Of a stretch of 64,000 nt of DNA, positions 36,358 through 50,753 are shown one piece after another (the first letter of the stretch is position 1; every line of letters begins with the position of its first letter). Source of the stretch: a virus. Both the position numbers and the translations under genes were made by a program. The notes below the pieces were generated by a model, which saw only the letters and a list, made by a program, of their open reading frames with translations, did no database searches and had not been told where the DNA came from. Location: the IMG/VR virus record IMGVR_UViG_3300042549_007727; one strand, 5' to 3'.

Positions 36358-39354
36358 TTATGCCTGTGCTTCTGTCCAAGAAATACGTCCAAGTATGTTT
36401 CCGGTACCGCTAGTTGCAACGTTGGTTACAATAATGGTCAAAACATCCGGTCCGTCTGGATAAATTTGTTCGTTTATTCTCTTGCTACCGCCGCCCAATA
36501 CCGAGTTTCCAAGCTCTCGAACTAGGCTCAAATCTAGGCTTCCAGTTCCAGAAACGTAGTATCCTGCAACTACTTCTCCACCGAAAATTGGAATATCTCT
36601 AGCGCTAAAGTCAGCAATCTGAGCTAACGATGAGTTGGCCTGAGCTCCAACACCACCAATAGCGTCTGTCCACTCTTGAGTGCCAGCTGCTGGAATGCCA
36701 TTTAGTACAGCTCTAACTAGGAAGTTTCCAGTTGCTCTAGCAGAGACGTCTAGGCTTCTAAGAATAAGCTGCATCCTATTGACAATTTCTCTACCCCCAA
36801 ACTCAGAGACTATACCGTTATCTACTGACGGGGCAATTCTAATTGCAAACAAAGACCTTGTCTCTCCTGCAGCAATAGATACTGAACTTTTTTGTCCATA
36901 TGTAAAGACAAGGGATTTGTCATCGTCATAGCCACCATCCATAATCACCGACGTACCCCAGTGGGAAACGGTAGGTGAAAATTCTGGAAAAGCATTCTCA
37001 ACAATTACTGGTGCAGTGTCTGAATAAGTAAAGGTCTGCTCTACTGAACTCATTGGTGCAAAAATTACTGCAGTTGGGTTAGCTGTGGTGGCTGCCTTAC
37101 TAAATGTAATCTGACTTCCAGTAATGTCTGTCACAAAAGTTGCGGTAGGGAAGCTAGGGGATATCACTCTTTGCCCGATTTGAACATTAGCTAGGTCTCC
37201 GACAGTTACAACTGTTCCCTTTGAAGAGCCAGTAGCTATTGTCAAGTTTACAGAAGAGTTACCAGTTTTTGCACGTGTAAGTCCTTGAAAAGTAGTTGCG
37301 TTTTTGCTGGAGTAGTTCATGGTTTCTACTTTAGTTCCAGTTCTTACCGTAATAGTTCCTGAATCATTAAAACTTGCAGTAGAGGCTACTGATAAAGAAG
37401 TTGCACTTGAGGACAAAGTACTAGTTGTTTTTGTGTATACCGGAACAGTATTAGTTTCATACCTAGCAGGCAAGTTACCAGAGCGCATATAAGCCTCTAG
37501 GTTAACGTTGTTGTTTACCTCTTTATGTACGTAGGTAATCTCTCCATCTGTAGCCCTAAAGCCCCAACGGATAGCTCCCGCACCATACCAGGAATAGTCG
37601 ATGTAGAACATTTGCATTCTGTTGAGATCAAGCTCGTAGCCAGTGAATCCAGTGCCATCTGCCTTATCTAGATTCCAGCTAGACTGAGGGATCTTTTTGT
37701 CAAAAGTCTTAGACATTGTTACGTATGTAGTAGTTGCTCCTCGATATGACGGAGATATTGTTAAGCTAGTATCACTCTCGATACTTAGGATTTTATAGGA
37801 CTGTCCGCGAATTACTACATAGTCTCCAGGATCTAGTTGACTGGTAAAGCTTGTTGGGAAATCGGGACCGGTCTGCGTTACTGTGTTCCCGCCCTGAGTT
37901 ACAGATACTCTTCCAGATACTTGATAGGTTGAGTTTCTTTGTACGGCATATAGAGTGTCTCCGTCAAACTCAAAGAAAATACCGTTTTGCTCATCAAAAA
38001 GCCCAGCTCTAACTACTGACCCAGTCCAACCGCTAACTGTCATGTAATATCTACCTGTAGCTTTTGCTGGTAGAACTATAGGAGCATCTACAGTAAATCT
38101 ATTGTAAGTTAGTACAGATTTTACTGTGTAAGCTCTGTTATATCCGGTAGTAGTGGCATTTATAATATTAATCTCAGCGCCAGGAATTAAGTTGTGCTGT
38201 TCTTTTGTTTGAATAGTTATAATGGCATTAATGTTGTCGCATGATAACTCGTCAAGTTGGAATGACGGTCTCATCAAGCTTCCAGAGCTGTACTGTAGAC
38301 CCTTACCAGACTGGTATCTGAAGTAACGACGTGTCTGTCTAATAGCTTGCTGATTATTAGAGTTTCCGTTAGTGGAAAATATAACTCCACCATCAAAAGG
38401 CCTATGAGCAAATGTGCCTTGAGGTCTTACAAATAATCTTGCAGTACCCCCTATAGTACCGCTCGGGGCGTCATCTGCATAAAAAATTATTTGTGTTGGG
38501 CTCAGTACTGTTGCAACTGTCCAGGACCCATTTGGTGGATTGGTAGAAGCTGTTGTGCCGGTCAGAGCAATTTCATTTCCAATAGAAAGACCGTGAGGCA
38601 CTGTAGTGACTACGCTAACTGCTTTACCGGTGTTAGTTACTGTAGGAGCACCACCTATTGGAGCTGAAACGTATGAAGTTGCTGAAAAAATTGAAGTTTT
38701 AGTTGTGTCAACTATGTCTGTAATCTCAGTAGTGTTTTGAGCAGTAGCATAGTAGCTAAACTGAGCAGTACCGCCACCAGACTCGATTAAATATGTACCG
38801 TCTGCTGGCTTAACTAGGGTGTCAATTACAGTGATAATAGATCCATTTGGTGGTGCATACCCAGAAATTGCTGTACCATTTTGATCTCCAGCAGGCGATG
38901 TGGCTGCATTTGCTACTGAAAACGTTGTGGCAGATCCTACTTCTACAATTTGATATAAACCATTATATGCAGCAGTAACATCTGAAATATTAACATACTC
39001 ACCAATAACAAAATTGTGGTCTGTAGAGGTCGTGTATGTGACATATCCAGCAGCAGGCTGAGATGTAGCTATAGCTGAAACTGTCGCTGTTTTTGTTGTT
39101 AAATCTACTGTGACAATATTAGAATCTAGAGGCATTGTCATATCCGCTATATTTTTTAGCGGAATGGCAGAGCTAAATGCAAAAGGCCTATTGTTGGTCA
39201 TAGATAAGGACTCCCATTTGGTGCCCTGGGTTCCGTACTCAAAGTCGGTGTCGATAAGAGCTACAGGCTGGGATACTCTAAACTTACCTACTGGATCGGT
39301 GAACTCCTGAGAAGGGGTAAACTTTTGATCAAAGTTTGATAAAAATTGTGTCAT
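36358..39354 (-). CDS. ~1000-aa beta-rich virion structural protein (paralog 1)
   Basis: Start reassigned to ATG 39354 (TAATG overlap). Shares LIDTDFEYGTQ, RQTRRYFRYQSGKG, YMRSGNLPARYE and WTEAQA with 54640..57678. Confidence 0.75.
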   Translation of the reverse strand: MTQFLSNFDQKFTPSQEFTDPVGKFRVSQPVALIDTDFEYGTQGTKWESLSMTNNRPFAFSSAIPLKNIADMTMPLDSNIVTVDLTTKTATVSAIATSQPAAGYVTYTTSTDHNFVIGEYVNISDVTAAYNGLYQIVEVGSATTFSVANAATSPAGDQNGTAISGYAPPNGSIITVIDTLVKPADGTYLIESGGGTAQFSYYATAQNTTEITDIVDTTKTSIFSATSYVSAPIGGAPTVTNTGKAVSVVTTVPHGLSIGNEIALTGTTASTNPPNGSWTVATVLSPTQIIFYADDAPSGTIGGTARLFVRPQGTFAHRPFDGGVIFSTNGNSNNQQAIRQTRRYFRYQSGKGLQYSSGSLMRPSFQLDELSCDNINAIITIQTKEQHNLIPGAEINIINATTTGYNRAYTVKSVLTYNRFTVDAPIVLPAKATGRYYMTVSGWTGSVVRAGLFDEQNGIFFEFDGDTLYAVQRNSTYQVSGRVSVTQGGNTVTQTGPDFPTSFTSQLDPGDYVVIRGQSYKILSIESDTSLTISPSYRGATTTYVTMSKTFDKKIPQSSWNLDKADGTGFTGYELDLNRMQMFYIDYSWYGAGAIRWGFRATDGEITYVHKEVNNNVNLEAYMRSGNLPARYETNTVPVYTKTTSTLSSSATSLSVASTASFNDSGTITVRTGTKVETMNYSSKNATTFQGLTRAKTGNSSVNLTIATGSSKGTVVTVGDLANVQIGQRVISPSFPTATFVTDITGSQITFSKAATTANPTAVIFAPMSSVEQTFTYSDTAPVIVENAFPEFSPTVSHWGTSVIMDGGYDDDKSLVFTYGQKSSVSIAAGETRSLFAIRIAPSVDNGIVSEFGGREIVNRMQLILRSLDVSARATGNFLVRAVLNGIPAAGTQEWTDAIGGVGAQANSSLAQIADFSARDIPIFGGEVVAGYYVSGTGSLDLSLVRELGNSVLGGGSKRINEQIYPDGPDVLTIIVTNVATSGTGNILGRISWTEAQA

Positions 39355-40534
39355 TATACGATTCTCCATCCATATGTAGATCCAACAAATCTAACTACTA
39401 TCGATGCCTTATCGACGTTTAGAATCATGTTTTCAGCTCTTCCTTCGATAAGTTCGTCTCCCCTACCTAAAATTAGACCATTTCTTTTGAAAGACTGCTC
39501 TAAGTCAATTATAGCAATAGAAACACCAATCTGAGGATCTTCTGGCAGAATTAGAGTAAAACTTCCGTTACTTGTATCAACAAGGAAACCTTGATTTGCT
39601 AAGGCCGGGGCTGCAGGAGTTGCATTTATATAGCTCCAGTTTCCATAAGCAGTTCCTCCACCTACACCTACCCAAGCGTTGTCATAGTATATGTATGTGC
39701 TTCCAAGCTGAGAGTTAAACCAAGTATCTCCCTGCTCTGGATCTGCTGGTGGAAGTTCGCTAGTGTAGTAAACCGCATCCGGGCCGGTTGGACCGGTTAC
39801 GTTGCTAGGAGCACCTGTTGGTCCCGTAGGTCCCATTGGGCCAACTATAGTGTCTCCCTTAGCACCAACCGCTCCAGTATCTCCAGTCGGGCCGGTTGCA
39901 CCAGTTGGTCCTGTAATACTAGCACCCTGAGGTCCGGTTGGTCCCACTGAACCAACTGCACCAGTTGGTCCTATAGGCCCTTGAACTCCATTAAAACCTA
40001 TAGCTCCTTGAGGGCCTGTAGCACCCGTTGGACCAGTGACCGTTGAGGCCGCTCCTGTTGCACCCGTAGCGCCTGTAGGACCAGTTGGACCAGTATCACC
40101 TATGCCACCGGGCTCTCCGACCAAACTTCCAATTTGTGCCCATTCAGAGGTAAACCAACCAAAGAGAGCTCCGTCAACTACATAAAGATCTCCCTCTTCA
40201 CCTGTTGGATGTGCTAGTTCAAATTCTGCATATGTTTCGTAGTACCCCAAAATAACAAGAGGCTCTCCTATTGGGCCAGTAGATCCTGTTGCACCCGTTG
40301 GTCCAGTAGATCCAGTCGGCCCAGTTGAACCAGTAGGTCCTACTAAACCAGTTGCGCCTGTCGCACCAGTTGCGCCTGTCGGGCCTGTTGCACCAACAGC
40401 TCCGGTAGCACCAGTTGGGCCAATAACTCCAGTCCGGACAATACTCCACACGGAGCCGTTCCACTTCCAGGTGCTGTCACCTGAGGTAAATACGTCATTG
40501 ATAGACGGGGAGTTTGGGAAATTAATAGCGGTCA

Positions 40535-40535
<1 letters not shown>
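39354..40535 (-). CDS. collagen-like fibre protein
   Basis: MTAINFP module, GXT tracts, and a C-terminal [13 protein letters not shown]...IAIID domain. Confidence 0.8.
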
Positions 40536-44369
<3,834 letters not shown>

Positions 44370-44401
44370 GCGACTGTCCCTCAGGATAGAGTATCCCTTA
44401 T

Positions 44402-44409
44402 ATTTTACC
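44402..44409 (-). promoter_or_regulatory. putative -10 element GGTAAAAT for collagen operon
   Basis: Minus-strand GGTAAAAT in the 44370-44441 intergenic gap. Confidence 0.45.
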
Positions 44410-44441
44410 TGAGTTGCGCCATAGTGATTAACTAGAAGTGG

Positions 44442-45116
44442 CTAGCCTTGGGCATTACCCTGCTTCCACTCCTCCTGTTGAATTCTCTGCTCTTCTCGGA
44501 CTTTTTCAATCTCTGCTTCCCACTCTGCTAGGCGCTCCTCCGAATACACGGATTCGGCATAGTCCCAAAAAGCCCCTATAGTGTGCCGGGTCCCTGATTC
44601 TACCTTTTTAACCTGATGCACGTTTAGGATGCCTCCGGGGAACGTAATTAGCTGCCCGGCTTTAGGCTTAATTGTCAGATCGTGATCACGGAAGTCTAGC
44701 TCCCCACCCTCATAATCATCATTTATATATAGAAGACATACCAATTTGCTCTTTTCCCAGGCTGACCAGTTGCCTTCCATATCTGTGTTGTCAGAGTGGA
44801 ATGGTGCATATGCACCTTTTTCCCACTTCTGGGCATGATTAGAGACTGACTTTACTGGACGTTCATGGGCATCCTCTACATACTCTTGGAGCCTGTCAGC
44901 AAGTTTACCCAAATAGTCTCTGGGTAGCCCGTATTTTTCTAGGTTTGGGTCATCTGGAAGAATGCTCATGCCATATGACTCATAAAAAGCTGACATACTC
45001 CATGGGTGATCTGGGTCATTAAAGTAGTTTATAATTTTTTGTTGGTCTTCTAGCGGGATAAAATCATCATAATAAATGATGTCATCTTTAAAAAATTGTT
45101 TATTTTTATCTGTCAT
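44442..45116 (-). CDS. 2OG-Fe(II) oxygenase (prolyl 4-hydroxylase-like)
   Basis: HSD...YINDDYEGGEL...HQV...R. Confidence 0.9.
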   Translation of the reverse strand: MTDKNKQFFKDDIIYYDDFIPLEDQQKIINYFNDPDHPWSMSAFYESYGMSILPDDPNLEKYGLPRDYLGKLADRLQEYVEDAHERPVKSVSNHAQKWEKGAYAPFHSDNTDMEGNWSAWEKSKLVCLLYINDDYEGGELDFRDHDLTIKPKAGQLITFPGGILNVHQVKKVESGTRHTIGAFWDYAESVYSEERLAEWEAEIEKVREEQRIQQEEWKQGNAQG

Positions 45117-45573
45117 TTTTACTATCTCCTGTGTAGCCAGTATTTAGGAAAAATCTTTCTGGGTCAAAACGCTGGTTGTCTTTAGAGAACAGCTTAACAG
45201 TCTCTAGTATTAGATAATTGTAACTGTCCGAAGCCATACCGTCTTTTATGCTATTAAGTATCTCCGACATTTTATTGTAGTCATCTCTAACAAATACGCA
45301 CTCTCCTCCCCGGGGTCGTTTTAATATCTTTTCATGAACTCTACCGGTAGGTTCATATAACGTTACAGTCAAAAATTCCTTAGCAAAACCCCAGTCTGTG
45401 TAGGCTGCGTAGCCAGTTGCGGCGTCTATTGCATTGTCATAAAAGTATATAGATCTGGCTGGAGACTCCCCGTCGCGGGCAACTGTGAGCATGTAAGAGT
45501 CTCCAGCGCCTCTAGATACTTTAGCTTTATATTCTTCAACAAGTACGCCATTGATAGCGTTTAGTTCGTTCAC
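45106..45573 (-). CDS. hypothetical protein embedded in oxygenase cluster
   Basis: Overlaps both neighbours; C-terminal DNQRFDPERF motif. Confidence 0.65.
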   Translation of the reverse strand: MNELNAINGVLVEEYKAKVSRGAGDSYMLTVARDGESPARSIYFYDNAIDAATGYAAYTDWGFAKEFLTVTLYEPTGRVHEKILKRPRGGECVFVRDDYNKMSEILNSIKDGMASDSYNYLILETVKLFSKDNQRFDPERFFLNTGYTGDSKNDR

Positions 45574-46448
45574 TCTAAATAGCTATCTTTTAGTTCGCCT
45601 GACTCTAAGAGTCTGTAATATTCTCCAATAGTCATTCTTTGGTGGAGTACCGGATCTTGAATGGTTAAATCTCTTCTTTTTCTTCTAACTTTTTCAAGCT
45701 CTTCGAAAGCTGGACCGTATTTTTCTTTTAATCTTTTATAGTCTTCAGATGCTTCCTCTTCAAAAATCCAATACAGTCGGACCATATATTTTGAGGCTTT
45801 TTTAATATTCATTACCCCGTGGTAGTACGGCGGGGTAGATGGGAACATTAAGATATCTCCTGCTTCTGGTTTGTAAAATATTTCTTTGACTACCTTTTTA
45901 TTGTCTTCCGGGTCAGTTATTCTAAAGTTTATATCCCCGCCCTCATAGTCGTCATTTAGATAGACAACTGCAGTTATCCCAAACTTTTCTCCTGGGTACT
46001 CTGCTATTTCTTGTTGGTAGTCTGTATGATGTCTCATGGTTCTACCATCGTTGTCCGCCTCGTTAAACTCTGGTACATCTGGAAAATACCTAGCAACCCC
46101 CCAAGTTGGAGCCTTCCATGACGGCAAATAAGTTTTAGTTTCGTTTATGTATATGCTTGACGCATCATAAAAAAGATCAGCAATCTTTCTTTTATAGGGG
46201 TCTGGTTCTTCGGAAAACTCCTTAGTCCAGGCTTCTTTAGTCGGGAATTCTGTGGTTGTGCCCCAAGAGAGACCTGAATCAGCTATCATTTCCCCAAAAA
46301 TAAACCAAGACACCCAGCGGGCTTTTTGCTCTGGGTCTGTAAGATAATAATCTATATATTCTTGAGGATTTTTTACCCATTTATTAAAAATCCATATTTT
46401 ATCGTCTAGTTTTTTTATATTTAAACTTTCTAAGGTTGTATCATCCAC
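45570..46448 (-). CDS. 2OG-Fe(II) oxygenase (prolyl 4-hydroxylase-like)
   Basis: HTD...YLNDDYEGGDI...YHGV...KY. Confidence 0.9.
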   Translation of the reverse strand: MDDTTLESLNIKKLDDKIWIFNKWVKNPQEYIDYYLTDPEQKARWVSWFIFGEMIADSGLSWGTTTEFPTKEAWTKEFSEEPDPYKRKIADLFYDASSIYINETKTYLPSWKAPTWGVARYFPDVPEFNEADNDGRTMRHHTDYQQEIAEYPGEKFGITAVVYLNDDYEGGDINFRITDPEDNKKVVKEIFYKPEAGDILMFPSTPPYYHGVMNIKKASKYMVRLYWIFEEEASEDYKRLKEKYGPAFEELEKVRRKRRDLTIQDPVLHQRMTIGEYYRLLESGELKDSYLE

Positions 46449-46450
46449 TT

Positions 46451-47095
46451 TTAGTCTGCACTTCCTGTTTTACTGTTATTCTTCCAGTGGTGGGTTATTA
46501 ACATTTTTCGGCCCTTTACTATTTTGCAAGACTGGTGAAGATATGGCAAGGTAGATGGGAACATGACAACGCTTCCGGCTTTAGGCTTAATTTTTATGTC
46601 AATTTGAGGATCAACAAAGTAAAGCTCTCCACCCTCATAGTCGTCATTTAAGTACACTACTATTGTGTATGTAATATCTGAGTTGTGCTCATTCCAGTCA
46701 ACGTGGGGGCCCATATACTGACCTTCAAAATATTTATTGATTCCGTACTTTGTCTCTGGAAAACGTAAAGCATGGTCCGCAAATGACAGCATTTCTTCGC
46801 TAATGTTGTACAGTTCAGCGTACTTGCTTGCGCAAGATGACATACTAGATATAAGAGTATTGAGGACGCGATCTGCAGTAGTTTTAGTTGCTAGATCGGA
46901 CTCGATGTCTAGTAGTTTTTTCTGCATATACTTAATCTCGCCGTATGGATCTGTCTCTGTTCCATACCCATACCAAGTATTCCACTCTGTAATTGCAACA
47001 CTATTAGTAGACTCTATATCAGCTATTAATTTATCGATGTTATCTATTACCCCGGGGAAATAGACAATTTTGTCATAAGGTATTTCGTAGTTCAC
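46451..47095 (-). CDS. 2OG-Fe(II) oxygenase (prolyl 4-hydroxylase-like)
   Basis: HVD...YLNDDYEGGEL...LHQS...RK. Confidence 0.9.
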   Translation of the reverse strand: MNYEIPYDKIVYFPGVIDNIDKLIADIESTNSVAITEWNTWYGYGTETDPYGEIKYMQKKLLDIESDLATKTTADRVLNTLISSMSSCASKYAELYNISEEMLSFADHALRFPETKYGINKYFEGQYMGPHVDWNEHNSDITYTIVVYLNDDYEGGELYFVDPQIDIKIKPKAGSVVMFPSTLPYLHQSCKIVKGRKMLITHHWKNNSKTGSAD

Positions 47096-47097
47096 GG

Positions 47098-47874
47098 CTA
47101 CTCCGACGTGAGCTGCTCTGCATCATCAGCAAGTTCCGCTGATCCAGCATTATATTTCTTACGATCTTCTTCATTGTTTATGTCAAAATCATCAATAAAA
47201 ACAAAACCAGGAAAAATGTACTTATCTCCCTTTTTCATTTCGTGTACTCGGTGCATAAATGGGTGGGTAGACGGGAATATTAAAGCTGATCCTGGTTTTG
47301 GTTTTAGCCAAAAATCAATTCTGTCTTTATTTCGTGGATCGTGCACATCTTCTAGTGGCTTCATCTCTGAGTACTTAGGGTCTCTTAGGTCATAGTCTCT
47401 AATTGCAAAAGAGATTTCCCCGCCCTCGTAGTCCTCGTTTAGATATAAAACTATGGAGTACTTTAGAGTTCTATCTCCAGCCTGAGCATCAAAGTGAGCA
47501 CCCATAGAGCAGCCTTCTATGTATTTCATAATTCCCACAAACGGAGACATGTTTGGGGATCCTTCTAGATTTCTATCTCTGTAATATGCTTCAGCAACAT
47601 CAGTCACTGCCTTTTTTATAGCAAATATTGCAGTTTTTACATCTTCTTTTCTGGGAGATGTTAAATTTTCAATTGCATCTGGATTAAAGTCTTTTTTGCC
47701 CCCAAATTCATGGTAGGACTTACTGTTGGATAGCCAAGGCCCCCATGGTGGTATAGCTGGGTAAACTGACTCGTCTGAGTCAAGCTCCTCTATTAGCGCA
47801 ATTAGCTCTTCTGGATTAGCAATTACGTCTTGGTAGTAAAAAACTTCTTCGTGTAGTTTTTCAGCTAAAAACAT
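47098..47874 (-). CDS. 2OG-Fe(II) oxygenase (prolyl 4-hydroxylase-like)
   Basis: HFD...YLNEDYEGGEI...MHRV...KY. Confidence 0.9.
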   Translation of the reverse strand: MFLAEKLHEEVFYYQDVIANPEELIALIEELDSDESVYPAIPPWGPWLSNSKSYHEFGGKKDFNPDAIENLTSPRKEDVKTAIFAIKKAVTDVAEAYYRDRNLEGSPNMSPFVGIMKYIEGCSMGAHFDAQAGDRTLKYSIVLYLNEDYEGGEISFAIRDYDLRDPKYSEMKPLEDVHDPRNKDRIDFWLKPKPGSALIFPSTHPFMHRVHEMKKGDKYIFPGFVFIDDFDINNEEDRKKYNAGSAELADDAEQLTSE

Positions 47875-47928
47875 GTCTTTCCTATCTACGGTTTAGTTGT
47901 CCTATGTACATTCTATATTAATTTGTAG

Positions 47929-48579
47929 CTATTCTTTGTTGGCGGCATCTACTATTTTTTGGGGTATATTGCCTAAAACATTAGTTACGTACTTTACCCC
48001 GCTGTTTATGGTCCTGGACTCATGTAAAAATGCAGCAGGAAATATAACTATGCTTCCTGGGGTCGGTTTTATAGCGACCCCCTTGTCCGGGAAGCTTAGC
48101 TCTCCGCCTTCGTAGTCGTCATTAAAGTATATTGATGCTGTGTACTCCACTGGGTCTAGTGATTCTGAGTCAGGGTGAGGCCCTAGGTGCTCGCTATCAA
48201 AATATTTTTTTATTGCTATATGATCGAGTCCGGAGTCTCGATATTTAGATGCCCAGGTAGTAGCAGTTTTTTCTGGCAGCCCTATTGCTCGGTAGTAGTC
48301 AGCAAAAGAGTTGTCTAACGCTGTATATATGTTATAAATCACGTTAGAAACTTGATCTTTAACTTTAGCGTCTGATTCAAGGTTATTTTTGCTTGGTGTT
48401 AGTTCTTTCATTAGACCGTATTGATGAACATTATTGGAACCACCTGAGAGCCAAGGCAGCCACTCACCGGCAGCAATACTATTTGTATTCTCTAGTAGTT
48501 CCACGACATCAGCAGGAGTTTTTAGTGCATATGGAAAATGTACTATTTTTTCTGCTATAAGTTCGTAGTTTGATGTCAT
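47929..48579 (-). CDS. 2OG-Fe(II) oxygenase (prolyl 4-hydroxylase-like)
   Basis: HPD...YFNDDYEGGEL...LHES...KY. Confidence 0.9.
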   Translation of the reverse strand: MTSNYELIAEKIVHFPYALKTPADVVELLENTNSIAAGEWLPWLSGGSNNVHQYGLMKELTPSKNNLESDAKVKDQVSNVIYNIYTALDNSFADYYRAIGLPEKTATTWASKYRDSGLDHIAIKKYFDSEHLGPHPDSESLDPVEYTASIYFNDDYEGGELSFPDKGVAIKPTPGSIVIFPAAFLHESRTINSGVKYVTNVLGNIPQKIVDAANKE

Positions 48580-49257
48580 TTATGGCTGCTTATCTCCGGT
48601 GTGTTTTAGAATGGTCCAAAAAAATGGACTAACATATCTAATACCAGATATAACTTCGGTGACTCCATGAATATAGTTCATGTCTCCAGGGAAAAAGTAT
48701 GCTGCACCTCGTTTAGGTTTAAACTGGATTCCTTGATTAGGGAAATACAGTTCTCCACCTTCATAGTCATCATTTATGTAGAATAGTCCAGCAATGTCAT
48801 AGTACGGAAAGTCGTTTGGTTTTCCTCTATTTTCGCCTTCATGTAGTTCTTTGTCAGCGTGAGGATTTTGATACTGTCCCGGTAACCATCTAACTAAAGC
48901 TGGTGGAGTTGGTAGGGCATCTACTTTTAAGAATTTGTCCACTTCGAGCTTAAGTCTTTGCTGCATGCCCTCAATAACTTCTAGTACTCGAGGATCTGAC
49001 TTATTTAAGCTATTTGTAGTTGCTACTCGATCCTCCCAGTAAGACGCGTCATATATGCATACGCCATCTTCGTTATAGTGTGACTCGGTGTAGTCCCAGA
49101 TGGTATTATTTCTAGCAAAATTGTCTAAAAACTCCAGCTCTTCGTCGGTCATAAAATTTTCTAGAGTCACAATATTGTTAGCAGAATCTCCAAAAAACCC
49201 GGAGGGGGTTATAGAAACTCGCTCATTGAACTGTAAGTTATTGTTAGCTGCATCCAT
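48580..49257 (-). CDS. 2OG-Fe(II) oxygenase (prolyl 4-hydroxylase-like)
   Basis: HAD...YINDDYEGGEL...IHGV...RY. Confidence 0.9.
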   Translation of the reverse strand: MDAANNNLQFNERVSITPSGFFGDSANNIVTLENFMTDEELEFLDNFARNNTIWDYTESHYNEDGVCIYDASYWEDRVATTNSLNKSDPRVLEVIEGMQQRLKLEVDKFLKVDALPTPPALVRWLPGQYQNPHADKELHEGENRGKPNDFPYYDIAGLFYINDDYEGGELYFPNQGIQFKPKRGAAYFFPGDMNYIHGVTEVISGIRYVSPFFWTILKHTGDKQP

Positions 49258-49273
49258 AGTTATATCCTACTCC

Positions 49274-50005
49274 CTACTCGTATGTACGACGAGTCCAGAC
49301 TTCCTTTTGGTAGACTCCTCCGTTTGGTACTCGGTATTTGTTGCTATTTTCTTGATTCTTTTTGACCATTTCTTCATAGCTAATTTTTGTTTCTACTTCA
49401 GAAATCCAGTTTTCTCTTTTAAATGGAAGGATCTGCGCATACGGAGTTCCTGCTGGTATGACTCCCGAAAAACCTTTAGCTATAAAAAATGGCATTGTGC
49501 CTGGAAGATGTACCTTGTCGTTATCAATTACTCCGCTAGTTGTCAGAAAAGGTAGCTCAAATCTGTTAAATGGCTGGGCATAAAGTGCGCTGTATCCTTC
49601 TGGTAGTTCTACTGCCCAGTCAGACCACCAAGCAAAGTGTTCTTCATGATATCCGGACGGTGCTACAAACTGAGACATCGGTGGTCGTTCCCCTACAAAG
49701 TCTTGCATTTGAGGATTTAGAACTTTTATTTTAGGTTTGCCGGCTACCTCTAAAATTTCTATGTCGCAGGGGGTTCTATACACATAACCGGTGCCCATGA
49801 TGTCGAAAACTGCAGGGCATGCTTTCCAAGTAGGAATCTTGCCGCCGTCTCGGGGATCCACCCAGTGTTCATTTGTGTGGGGATTTACTGCAAAACGATC
49901 AGCTTTTCTGTACCACTCTGGAATTGTTTTTATTGTAGGTTTAGGGGCTGAGGGGCTGTCTTTAGTTAGCCAAGGTCTATTAACTACAAATTTAATTTTG
50001 TTCAA
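49274..50005 (-). CDS. DUF6065-related protein
   Basis: IPEWY...TWKACP..FD...GY...LPEGYS....P.N...LPF...SGVID.D...IPAGTP.AQ..PFKRE.W. Confidence 0.6.
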   Translation of the reverse strand: MNKIKFVVNRPWLTKDSPSAPKPTIKTIPEWYRKADRFAVNPHTNEHWVDPRDGGKIPTWKACPAVFDIMGTGYVYRTPCDIEILEVAGKPKIKVLNPQMQDFVGERPPMSQFVAPSGYHEEHFAWWSDWAVELPEGYSALYAQPFNRFELPFLTTSGVIDNDKVHLPGTMPFFIAKGFSGVIPAGTPYAQILPFKRENWISEVETKISYEEMVKKNQENSNKYRVPNGGVYQKEVWTRRTYE

Positions 50006-50753
50006 GGTCCCCCTCCTGAGTAGCCTCTACTTCATAAGTGTTTTTAGTTACTGGGCACGTGACAGTTTTTAACTTAATTTTTTTTGTTTCGTGGTGACCT
50101 ACTACGTCTCCCCGATAGTCTAATCCGTCTCTATACATTTTTGACCAGTCGCCAACTCTATTTCTGAGCTCTAAAGCAGCGCCATACCTTTTTACTTCGT
50201 CCCAGTGGTCCTGGCCAACATATTCATCAGATATTTGTAACTCATAGTCGTTTTCTAATGATGTTAAAGATATTGGCATTACCGAAGCTACAGGAGTGCC
50301 AGCTGGGATGGTAATTTCTATGTTTGGTTCTGTGACTCTCCAGGCTATTGGAAGCCCGTGAATATAAAAAGACGTGCTTATTAAGGTTGTATAGCAGTGG
50401 GCACCGCGAATAAACAGATTAGGGGTAGGCATTGTTAGCATAGTGGTTTGATCGTCGGTTTTAAATATCAAACCAGATACAAAACTTATAGTTGCATTTC
50501 CCCTGTTAGTGTCTACGTATTTATGTCCCTTTAGTACAGTTATGTGGTCTGGTGTGGTGTCTGTAACTCCGTCCCAAATAAAAACTATGTCTTCGGGGAA
50601 AGATATCCCCCAGCCGAGTCTATTAGTTACACTTAGGGGAAAGCACATATACGCGTGCTTTTCCGGTGTTTCATCCATCCAATCGCGTCTAGCTTCAAGC
50701 TGCTCTATGTTGGCGCAGTCTTGCTCGTACTTTTTTACATATATGCTTTTCAC
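49992..50753 (-). CDS. DUF6065 family protein
   Basis: RRDWMD.T...HAY.CFPL...N..GW.I..P.D....WDG...IPAGTPVA...P. Confidence 0.7.
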   Translation of the reverse strand: MKSIYVKKYEQDCANIEQLEARRDWMDETPEKHAYMCFPLSVTNRLGWGISFPEDIVFIWDGVTDTTPDHITVLKGHKYVDTNRGNATISFVSGLIFKTDDQTTMLTMPTPNLFIRGAHCYTTLISTSFYIHGLPIAWRVTEPNIEITIPAGTPVASVMPISLTSLENDYELQISDEYVGQDHWDEVKRYGAALELRNRVGDWSKMYRDGLDYRGDVVGHHETKKIKLKTVTCPVTKNTYEVEATQEGDLEQN